A DNA stretch of 64,000 nt from Lingula anatina (lineage: Eukaryota; Animalia; Brachiopoda). Position 1 is the stretch's first letter, and the number at the start of each line of letters is the position of its first letter. The position numbers and the translations under genes are program-made. The stretch spans positions 45,452,401 to 45,516,400 of the forward strand of contig CM120641.1 of assembly GCA_051362555.1 (NCBI GenBank). The letters are read 5' to 3'. Of this stretch, positions 27,912-39,500 are shown piece after piece. The notes under the pieces were generated by a model. The model was not told the origin of the DNA. It did not search any database and saw only the letters and a program-made list of their open reading frames with translations.

Positions 27912-28828
27912 TAACATACGGCACTCCTGCTGGACCCTAAGTGGACTTTCAACATACGACCGTTTCAGACGGGCACGCTTCACATAAGTTTTCCCCGAAG
28001 CCTAGATTATTATTATTTCACATTACATATGAAGTAAGTTGAGACGCTGTTCGCACAATTATTATTACCCAAATCCTAAATTTAGCCTAGATTGCACTTA
28101 TAAGTAACTGCGTTTTGCGTAACTCTGACTCCCGTTTAAAATGTGATTAGACGCTGCTCATATCTGTAAGCCGACTTGCTAAAGTCGCCTATAATCAATG
28201 GCGGAGGGGGGGGGGGGTACATACGTTACCAAATTGCGTATAAATTGTTGTTTACGTTGTTTGTTTGTTGCGTATAAATTGTTGTTACGTTGCGAGAGAA
28301 ATCATAACAACAACGTAAATCTTTCGACGCAAATTGTTAGCAGTCTATGTACTACAAGCAAGTCGTTTTGTCTTCACTCTCTTTGCTATCACTTTATTAA
28401 TGTTGTTTTAATTTAAGATAATTTTGTAAACCTGCAACGGGCTAAATTCTTTCTAGACATCTTCATCATCTATGAATATCTAGGAAATAAAAGACTGGCC
28501 TCGTGCCATTGATATTTTATGTCGTTTCTTTAAAATATGAACAAGTTTTCGTGCTACAATGTATTAGTTTTCGTGATACAGTTGTGAACGTTTAATATTG
28601 GAAAAAACACAGAAAAGCAACGCGAAAAAGTAAATATGAAGTAAATTAATGCACTGTTCGCACAGTTATTTTTTCCAAATCCTAAATTTGAATTAGAATA
28701 TATTTAGTATAGTAAATAATTGATTTTGAAAGGGGTGAAAGGACCGCGCAAGCTCGCACCTAGATATTAATTTCATTTAAAACAGTGGCCAGAAATAAAT
28801 TTGATTAAAGAGAATAAATTTTAGGGTA

Positions 28829-29128
28829 AAAAGATTGGGTCCAACTGTCTAGGTCGGGCTGCTGGATGTTCTCTATTCACGGGCGCGATCCCACCATACT
28901 GCTCAACACGAGACCTTTTGGCTGCTGCATTTCTGCTCTGGCCCGGTACGGTCTTCCTTAGTCAACCTGGGCCCCCAGACCTCCGCCCAGGGAACCATAT
29001 TGATGCCGAGCTTAGTGCGGACACCCGATCCACATAGAGAGACACCCAACAGGACTCCCGTCCGCAAGCCATCCACCAACCTAGGCCTCTGAATAGCCAG
29101 ATTACAGGAGTGCGCTACCACTCCCAGC
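28829..29128 (-). ncRNA. RN7SL: 7SL / metazoan SRP RNA, copy 1
   Basis: Minus strand reads GCTGGGAGTGGTAGCGCACTCCTGTAATC...GATCGGGTGTCCGCACTAAGCTCGGCATCAATATGG...GGGATCGCGCCCGTGAATAG...TCTTTT, colinear with human 7SL. About 300 nt, GGAG and GAAA tetraloops, oligo-T Pol III terminator. Confidence 0.95.
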
Positions 29129-29290
29129 CGGCAGAGGGAGAACGAAGGGATGTATTTAACCCTGGTGAAGTCTCCAGCGAATTAAATGATAAACGTCACA
29201 TCTGAAATTGTCTTAGATGTCATTTAATGATAAACTTCAGCTCCAAGTGCGTGCAGTTGATGAACGATGAAAACTGTGAAGAGCACGCTA
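29129..29290 (-). promoter_or_regulatory. Conserved upstream flank of 7SL: TATA-like element and ATF/CRE-like TGACGT (repeated upstream of copies 2 and 3)
   Basis: About 160 bp conserved 5' of all three full copies while the rest of the spacer diverges. Minus-strand TTAAATA near -30 and TGACGT at 29193-29198 (about -65 to -70). Confidence 0.6.
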
Positions 29291-29871
29291 TAAATTTTGT
29301 GCATTTATGTTATAATATTTGCCATTTATGTGATAAAATTTTCTATTTGAATTGTATGCCACAATTTGACTACCATTTGTTTAAATGTGCCGTAGTGAAT
29401 TTTATTTCTAGGCTTCAAATTTCAGCAAATAAAAATAAAGAAATTTACATGCCATATGTACTTAACTAATATTCCGTTCGATTAATACGTCATGATATGC
29501 CGCCTAGGTCTTTCAGAAATCTTGAATCATGGTTTTCTGGATATGCAGTTTTTAAAATGTTTTTTCCTATAGATATGCAGTGCAATCCTTTATCCTCTAG
29601 TAACATAACAGAGACAGGAAGTCATGGCTGTTTTCAGCGAGAAATTCCGTTTTTCAAATCTATGTGTGGCTGACCGAAAATTTTCCGCAAAAAACAAAAT
29701 TTGATGAAAAGTGAGAACGAATTCAAATTATAAACGTTTGCATTTGATTTTTATTCTCAAATAATGGAAAAAATGGAGATTTGAAAAAAAAATTACCAAT
29801 ATAATTGATTAATCGCGTTCTGGTTAACTATAGGGGGTCTATGATAAATTGAAATATGGAAGGATGATATA

Positions 29872-30171
29872 AAAAGATTGGGTCCAACTGTCTAGGTCGG
29901 GCTGCTGGATGTTCTCTATTCACGGGCGCGATCCCACCATACTGCTCAACACGAGACCTTTTGGCTGCTGCATTTCTGCTCTGGCCCGGTACGGTCTTCC
30001 TTAGACAACCTGGGCCCCCAGACCTCCGCCCAGGGAACCATATTGATGCCGAGCTTAGTGCGGACACCCGATCCACATAGAGAGACACCCAACAGGACTC
30101 CCGTCCGCAAGCCGTCCACCAACCTAGGCCTCTGAATAGCCAGATTACAGGAGTGCGCTACCACTCCCAGC
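29872..30171 (-). ncRNA. RN7SL: 7SL / SRP RNA, copy 2
   Basis: Nearly identical to copy 1 (about 2 substitutions seen), offset by 1043 bp. Confidence 0.95.
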
Positions 30172-30810
30172 CGGTAGAAGGAGAAACCAGGGATATATTT
30201 AACCCTGGTGAAGTCTCCAGCGAATTAAATGATAAACGTCACATCCGAGATTGTCTTAGATGTCATTTGATGATAAACTTCAGCTCCAAGTGCGTGCAGT
30301 TGATGAACGATGATAACTGTGAAGAGCACGCTATTTGTGCATGGTGATAATATTTGCCATTTGATTCGTATTCCGCAACTTGACTACAATTTGTTTCAAA
30401 TTTAAGAGCCATGTTTTTTTTTTTTTTTTCATTCAACAGGTTTTTAATTTAAGCAGATCTTACAACCCCCCCATCAAAAAAAAAAAAAAAAAAAAAAACA
30501 AAAAAAAAAAAACATAATATGCTTTTTATATTACAATCCGTCTGATGAAGACGTTATGATATATTGCCTCAAAAATCTTGCACCGCATTATTTAATTTTC
30601 TTTTTACTGGATATGCTGTTTTTAAATTTCCCCAAAAAACGAAATTTGATGAAAAGTGAGAACGAATTCAAATTATAAACGTTTTATTCTCAAATAATAG
30701 AAAAAATCGAGATTTGAAAAAAAAATATGAATAAAATCGATTAATCGCGTTCTGGTTAACTGGTTATCTATAGGGGTTTATAATAAATTGAAATATGGAA
30801 GGATGATTTA

Positions 30811-31110
30811 AAAAGATTGGGTCCAACTGTCTAGGTCGGGCTGCTGGATGTTCTCTATTCACGGGCGCGATCCCACCATACTGCTCAACACGAGACCTTT
30901 TGGCTGCTGCATTTCTGCTCTGGCCCGGTACGGTCTTCCTTAGTCAACCTGGGCCCCCAGACCTCCGCCCAGGGAACCATATTGATGCCGAGCTTAGTGC
31001 GGACACCCGATCCACATAGAGAGACACCCAACAGGACTCCCGTCCGCAAGCCGTCCACCAACCTAGGCCTCTGAATAGCCAGATTACAGGAGCGCGCTAC
31101 CACTCCCAGC
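30811..31110 (-). ncRNA. RN7SL: 7SL / SRP RNA, copy 3
   Basis: Nearly identical to copies 1 and 2, offset 939 bp from copy 2. Confidence 0.95.
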
Positions 31111-31874
31111 CGGTATAGTGAGAACGAAGGGATGTATTTAACCCTGGTGGAGTCTCCGGCGAATTAAATGATAAACGTCACATCCGAGATCGCCTTAGAT
31201 GTCATTTGATGATAAACATCAGCTCCAACTGCGTGCAGTTGATGAACGATGATAACTGTGAAGAGCACGCTATTTGTGCATTTATGTGATAATATTTGTC
31301 ATGAGATTCGTATGCCGCTATTTGACTTCCATTTATTTGATATTTTATTTTCTAGGTTCCACATTGCCATAAATTTCTCAGAATTGAAAAAAAAAAGAAG
31401 AAGAAAAGACACATCCTATTTTAGTCATTTTCCAATTCGTTCAATTTAATCTTTATGATATGTCGCCCTGGTGTCACTCAAAAATCTCGCGTTGTTTGAT
31501 TTTCTTTTTCTATTTGCTGGATATATGCAGTTTTCATATTAAAGATATTTTTGCTGTGGATATTCAGTGCAATCCGTTCTCCTCTAGCGACATGACAGAG
31601 GCAGTTTTTAGCGCGAAATTCCACTTTTCTGATCCTTGTGTAGCTAACAGTAAAATTCCTCCAAAAATAAAATTTGAAATAAAGTGAGAACGAATTCTAC
31701 CGATAATCCTTTTGAGAATAACAGAAACGTTTTTTTTATATTCTCTCTTATAAACAAAAACAAAATGTAAAAAAAGCAATGCCAAGAATATCGATAAAGT
31801 GTGTAAGAATTTACTGGTTAACTACAAACATCTATGATAAATTTCACAATGAAATTTGAAATAAAGTTTTGTAT

Positions 31875-32045
31875 AAAAGATTGGGTCCAACTGTCTAGGT
31901 CGTGTTGTTGGATGTTCTCTATTCACGGGCGCGATCCCACCATACTGCTCAACACGAGACATTTTGGCTGCTGCATTTCTGCTCTGGCCCGGTACGGTCT
32001 TCCTTAGTCAACCTGGGCCCCCAGACCTCTGCCCAGGGAACCATA
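31875..32045 (-). pseudogene. 5'-truncated 7SL copy 4 (3' ~170 nt only)
   Basis: Homology runs from the terminator to ...cccagggaaccata and stops abruptly. The 5' Alu part and upstream flank are missing, and there are extra substitutions and a small deletion. Confidence 0.85.
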
Positions 32046-33522
32046 CATTAAATGTCATGCCCCGCGAAAGGGTTCTTTTTGTTCAAAACATCAACTGGTG
32101 GGAACCAAATGCGCAATTTGTTATGCAGGCCTTTTGAGATTTAAAAAAAAAAAAAAAAAGAAATTAGTGACCGGAAAAAAGAGCTTGTTTCTACATTGTA
32201 TATATTATCAAAATTGCGTGACAAGCACGTGTAATATAGCAGAATTATTTAGATGAGTTGCCGATAACGGCTGAGTGCTATATATATAGGCCTATAGCAC
32301 GGAGAGAAAGCACAAAATATCCGTTCAATTATCATTTTTCAGGAAATATGAAATGTTGCCCATTGCCATTGGTTTTCCATTGGTTTTGTGGCAAATTTTA
32401 ACATAATGCATCTTTATTGTTCAAACATTTATCATTGCGCCTATGTCATATAACACGTACGTGATTAAATTTGCTATAGCCATGTTTAAAAAAAAAAAGA
32501 CTTGAAGCTTGGCGTCGAAAACAGACATGACTGTGCACGGAATGGGCGAGTTGTTGCTAGTTGAAGATATTGTGATAGAGAAGTTTACAATCACAGCCAA
32601 AACAATCTCACCCAAGTGGAAATTGTCATGATCGATAAAGTATTTTTATAGTTGGCGATTGGGATATTTTCTGGATGTACAGCCCTTTTTGATGAAATTT
32701 TGGAGCTATTACTATTTATAATATAGACGTTATGTGAACATGGTATCATACAATCATACATGGAATGTGTTAAAAAGAACTCTGAACAACAGGAAGTTAT
32801 CGACTAGTCTTGCCTGCGTCGCCATGTGCCAGCTTCCGGCCCCTAGCAACAAGCGCCATATCAAAATACTTTATTGCCTGGCCAGTCAACAAGCACGATA
32901 CTTGGTTATATTACCTGGAATATTTTTGAGGTGAGAGGAAATTTACCAACGTTTATATTTTCTATATCACTAGGGGAGTAAATTGCTGTACATTTGTAAA
33001 GAAAACAAGCATCTGCCGACGTTTACAAATCAAAGGACGGGCACCTTGCAACAACGTGTAAGTTGCAATGCAAATTACAGCGTACAATGTGGATGGAGTT
33101 TTGGTCCATCTTATTATTATGTTTTCACGTATTTACAAAACGTGCTGGACTCAGCCCTCAGTTGGACACAATATAGTGCAGAATTGGATTCCTAGGGGCT
33201 GATATACTGGTAGAATTACTGTTTGGGATGCAACGATTCTGCATAGCACTTTTACATGTACAGTGCACATAGATCTAGCTGCCAGTGTATGGTTTTTAAG
33301 TCAGAGAATGCAAACAAGGCATCAGTTAAAAATATATCATTGTAGCTAATCACAGTTTGCTGTATGCACGTTTAGTACTGTATTATCAGAAATGATATGT
33401 TAACACTTGAAGATCATGTACAGTAGATTTTACATGTACATTGCATTAATGTTATACATGTGTGCTTATTTAATTATATTAATTGAAAATAACATTAATC
33501 TGTTTTACAGAAATAACTAAAG

Positions 33523-36500
33523 ATGGGTCAGGCCTTGCGCAAGGCTAAAGAAGGGACCTCAGCAGCAGGAGGGGCAAGGGGAAAACTGGAATACAACGCT
33601 GCTAATGAAGAGCTGCTGAACAGCGTTGTGAAATACGTGGAAAATATCAAAGATCCAGAGGAACAGAAACTCATCTTCAAGAAGCCAATCAAGTGGGAAA
33701 GCAGCCTCCAGCCTTCTGATTTTAATGACGATGCTTACGAGAAAAGGTAACTGCATTAACAGCCAGGGGCTTATTTCATAAGAAGTCAATATAGTTTAGA
33801 CTGCTAAATGGTTGATTGCAGTTGATGTTCCTGAATGAACAGTTTTTATCATCAAGAGTAAAAATAATTGCCTTGTCACACTTGGTCCATAAAAAAGTTT
33901 TTTAAAAAGGTGCTTAAATTCTTTGAAAAATTTTGCTTGGTGGGCTGAAATTGTTAACAGCAGCTAGACTGCTCTAATACCGATGATTGATTTTATACAT
34001 TTCAGTGTATATCTGTATATATAAAACAGTTTGTAATTAAAGAGATTGGATATTATATAGCATTACTTCAGTGGCATATTTGTCTACTGTACAGCTCATA
34101 TTTTTATGCTCCATTTTTTCCAGTGGTGTTGAGTTGGTGTCAAAAGAAAGGACAGCTGATGACCAGCCATTATTGCGCGTGCGACCGCGAGGAGAGAAAT
34201 ATGAGGTCAGCGCGATGACTATTGAACAAATTCAGATGGTCCTGAGAATGGCAGGAGATAAGAAACTAGCAGAGACCAGGGCTTGCTGCGAAGGTAAGGG
34301 TTTAATACCTAGAAAATGAAGCAAGTCAAAACTATTTCTTAGTCATTGTAGTATTTTTAAGTTCATTACTCCATTTAAATTATCCTATTACCTTTTTTTT
34401 TCTCTCTTTTATGTATCTAATTTTTTATTTTACTGTAATTTTCAGATTCTAAAGCTTTAAATAATTATTGTTTTTTTAATGCATTATTATTATTATTATT
34501 ATATATGTGTATTTCATAGCCACTGATGATCCTTATTCTGACATGTTGGGAGATGCCTTTGCTATTGTACCTGGGAACGTAGAAGGTGGCGAATACGACA
34601 AGTCTCGCTACAGGTTGATGGAGGAAATCATGAAAGGTGGACCTGAGGAAGAGGTGGCAGAGAAGAAAACCACACTAAAGCTTCTGGATCATTTGTTTAG
34701 ATTTGACAATGAACTTCTTAACAGGAGATTACAGATTATGGAAAAGTTAGTTTTTATTTTTTTTTTAAAGAAAATGTGCTCCCTTATTAAAAAAAGGAAA
34801 GGTTTTTTTAAAAGAAAAGATGCTGGAACTAACTTGGTTAAGATAAAGTCAATCATTAGAATACTAGGCATTTTTAAACATTTTGTATAGGTGAAAAGAT
34901 TTTATTGCCAATGATTTTACAAAATAATTTAGATTGTTCATTTGTATTGTGTATATTGAATAATATAACTGTGTGTTGTTTTACTTGGACTATTACAGGA
35001 CTATCCGCCTGAATCCATCAGAGGTTGAAGACGATGTTCATAAACTGATGAAGTATTGTGGAGAAGATGATGAAAAATGTCTTCTGGAGGAGCTCAACTT
35101 TATGCCTGGTAAGAAAATTCTTATTCATAATTAATAAGTATAACTACCCCCATGTCAAAAACCAGTTTTTAAATTTTGTTAAGTCATTCTCTGTGCTGCC
35201 ACAGGAAAATGGAATAAATTGGACACATTGTGATATTGAATTTTGATTAATCAGGTACACAAGGAACCAATTTTACTGTGGTGCTGCATACACACACCTT
35301 AAAAGAGGTTTCACAGTAGCAGAACTTAGAAATTTAGTTAGATTACCTAACATGAATACATTTATAATAAATATATAATAAATGTAATGCATTAAGGTAA
35401 TGTTATCTATGTGAAAATTAGAATTTCTTTATTCATCACAGAAGGTGAAAAAATATGTTTGGAAGATTAGTATTATAGATGGTAACACTGCTATGATTTG
35501 GATTGCAGAATTCAGCACGCGTTTCTCCAATGGCTGCCGTGCCCCTCCCTGGCGTCAAGTTCACGGAGATATCTGCTACTTGGAGGCTAAGGCCCATGAT
35601 GTAGACCCATACATCTATATTACAGGAAGCACCAGTGGTTACTACATTAATGGGGTAAGCTCCTTAGGTTTATCTTTTTAAATTAAGAAATAAGAATTAC
35701 ATGTATACATGAATTGTACATTATAAATTAGAAATAACAGTCTCTAAATAGATGTTAAGTTTTTAGTTTTCAAAAAAGATTTCCTCTTGTCAATATGAAA
35801 AATCAGTAGGGATGACTTTTTCAAGTTTATTTTTATGAAAAGATAATATCACAAAAGATACAAGGAAACCATTATGTATTGGTTTTACAGGGTGTGGACA
35901 AGGAGACACAAAGTCTTAACTTTGACAAGCAGGGAGAAATGCACAAAGATTTAATAAGCCTGCTCAAAGAGAAGAGCCCCAAGTTTGCGGAAATTGTTGA
36001 CAAGCTGGTGGGTAAAATATTGCTTTCTTCATATTGATTTTAAAAACTGAAATTTCAACACCCTAGAATTGCACAGTACAGCATAAAAAAATTCTCTTAG
36101 TGAAATTGCACAAATGTAGGCAAAGTGAAATATTTGTGTGAAGGATTTTTTAAAAATAATGTTTTATATCACAGAAAACACTGAACAGAAAAAATGTTAA
36201 CCGCAAAATATGGAGCTATTATTTATATTATATATCTAAAATGTAAATATTTATGATAGATATATGGTTTAATACTTTTTATAGTTGAAATATCATTGTT
36301 GTTTAGTTTAAAATTGGTTATTTTCATTTTGTAATTCAGGAATTTGTAAGTCATCATGACTTGAAGGAGAGTGGAATAATTGACACCACGGCAGATCTGG
36401 ACGCCACACCTCGGGATGGAGAGATGACCAACAGAGAACAGACACAGGTCAAAAGTCAACAACAAAAAGAAGAAACTAAGCAGGAAAAGACACAGAAAAC

Positions 36501-39500
36501 TCAGAAAAAACAACAGCAGAAGTTGGAGCCTTCATTAAAGTGGAGGAACCTGGGTCTAGAGGAGCAAAAAGAGCAGTAAGCAGACTTTTTTTCCTGGCAT
36601 TGCTATATGCAACTGTTTAGAAGTATTATTGGTGTTGTTCCCGAATGAAATCTGAAAGCAAGTGCAATGTCTGAGCTAACAATTTTATTTTCCATTGTTG
36701 TGATGTTATTAATAAAGGAATACTTTTTTGCAACAATGAAAATGTGATTGTGCAACAATTAGGTTAAATGCAACATAAGCAATTATGAATCATAATGAAG
36801 GTAACCATGACAACTGTGTTATTTAAGGCATTTGATTGGATACTTATAAAAAGTCTCTTTGTGATTGGATGTTTCTATGGCTACATAACTGTGAATAAAA
36901 TATTTGCATATCATAAATCTTATTGATTTGAATAGAAGAAAATAGATTTTTCAATTTGATCTAGATATCTAGAATTATAGAAATTTAGATCATGCCTCCT
37001 GCTGCCAGGTAGTGTTGCAATAGCCTTGAATATAATTTTATACTTCTCAAATACTATTTTTATTGCTCATCTTCGGTATTGTGTAATGTACATTTTAGTT
37101 TGAAAAATAACATAACCTATTATTCTTTTAGACACGAAAAGAAGGATAAACCAGAGAAGAGCAGAACCCCCATAAAAAGAAAGACACAGCAAAGGTAAGA
37201 AATCAATCAGTACAAAGGAGTAAAGAAGAGTGTTTGAAAATCCAAAGGTAAATTAACATAAATTACTCATTTATGTTTTGGAGATATCAATACTTGTAAG
37301 CTTACAGCTAATGATAGCATATTTTTTTAACTAAAAAAAGTAAAAGATGAATTGTGTTATGTTATAGCCTCATAGAATACTGTTTATTTCAAATGGTCCT
37401 TATGGATGATTTATACAATCTGGGGTGATAAAAAAACAAATCTGTAATGAATATAAGGAATATATTCTTTGGAGAAAAATACTGTATAAATGTAGATCTA
37501 TATTTATTTTTTTTCTTATGCCAGGAGAAACAAAACGCCCCTTGATGCAGAAGACTCATTCAGTGAGAGCTCCACAGAGAGCGAAGAGGAGGAAGAAACC
37601 CCAGATCGCAGGAATGAACCCAACTCTGATCTGCCCTCAGAATACTGGCAAATACAGAAATTGGTGAAATATCTCAAGGTACAGTGTGTTTAGATCTCTG
37701 TGGTTGGTTTAATATCATTTTGTGTTCCATAAACTCTTTTGTAATAAATAACTGCCTGGATTTTTTCAATCATTATTATTTTTTTTTTTATTATTATTTT
37801 TTTTTTTGTCACTTTAAGTGATTTTTATTTCATTTTTTGTTTTGAATTTACATTAAAAAATGTCATGCTCTGTTTGATTATTTACTTATTTTTTTTAAAT
37901 ATTTATTCACATGGATATTTGTCTCTATATTCAATATTTTGATATTCAGTACATTTATCTTATAATTAAAATTTAAACAAACTTTAAGTACACTTTAATT
38001 AAATAGATCTTGAATGTTTTTCCAGGGAGGCAACCAGACAGCTACAATCATTGCACTGTGTGCCATGAGGGATTTCAACTTGACCCAGGAAACCTGTCAG
38101 CTTGCCATCAGAGACGTGGGGGGACTGGAGGTCCTCATTAATCTCCTGGACACAGAGGATATCAAATGCAAGGTGAGAGTTGTGGAAAAACAGCAGGGTA
38201 TTTATTTTAGATGGACAAAAAAATATAAATTAAAAAATTTGTGGATTATTTCCTTATTGAAGTCTTTTTTTAACCAAATTTTCTTGATATTTTGTACTTA
38301 AATCTTATGTTTATTACTAAGTTTCAAGGAGCTAAAACAATTTTTTTGTCCTTAATCAAAACCATATAGATTGTGAATAGAAATGTTATTGCATCCTCCA
38401 AAAAAGAAAAATGCCTTGTGTTTAATTACATGTACAATTAATTACATCGGATTTTTTAAATGTATTTATCTGTTTAATTTTTTTTTCAATGATTTTCAGA
38501 TTGGCTCCCTCAAGATCCTGAAAGAAATTTCCGGCAATTCTCAAATCCGTAGAGCTATTGCTGATCTGGGTGGTTTGCAGACCATGGTTAATATACTGCA
38601 GGACCCGAACAAAGAGCTGAAATGTCTGGCTGCAGGCACCATTGCTAATGTGGCCAAGTTCCGCAGGGCAAGACGTACAGTCAGGCAGCATGGGGGCATC
38701 AAACGCTTGGTAAATATCCAATTAAAATGGCAAGAAATTATTTTAAAGGAATTAACATTTAAATTTACATCTTTTTGGTGTAATAAAATGATTAACCTAT
38801 CAGTATATCTTAATGGGATCCGAATATTAATATTCTTGTTACTTAATGGTAAACCAGATTAAAAGCTGTTCATACTCAATGAGACTAAATTAAGATCTTA
38901 GGCATAGACCTCCCACTTTTCTGTTATTTGATAATATAGAAAAATCTTAAATTATCAAGAATGACAAATGATAAATATACATGTAACATGAGCACGGCAT
39001 GTTTTTATTACCCACAAAGTACACATAGTTTCTTTTTGTGGTTCTTGAGGTTTCCCTTCTACGTACAGTATTTACTTACTTAGAAAATATCAAAAAATTT
39101 TTTTATTAGAGGACATTCATCAAACTTTTTTTCCATTCTATCTCTAGGTGGGTCTCCTGGACTGTGCTCCCCTGGGCACTGTGATGTCCAGCCAACAGGA
39201 AGAGGATGTGGAGGTGGCCCGCTGTGGCGCCCTCGCCCTGTGGAGCTGCAGTAAGAGCACCAAGAACAAGCAGGCCATGAGGAAGGCGGGGGTGATCCCG
39301 CTCCTGGCGCAACTCCTCAAGTCTCCGCACGAGAACATGTGCATCCCAGTGGTTGGTACTCTGCAGGAGTGTGCTTCAGAGGTAAGGAATGAAGATGGTA
39401 GTGTGGATAAATAGTATAAAATATATTATGCTGTTGATTGTAGTGTATTTGTGTATTAGTAAATAAAATTCTTATTTTTGAAATTGTTTTATTCTGTTTA

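Noticed and set aside
28903-31103. Three near-identical 72-aa ORFs (MVAHSCNL...) resembling Alu-derived peptides
   Set aside because: They are translations of the 7SL genes; the full S domain is present, so these are neither Alu SINEs nor proteins.
32046-32760. Possible DNA transposon truncating 7SL copy 4
   Set aside because: The junction is abrupt but I found no convincing TIR pair or target-site duplication.
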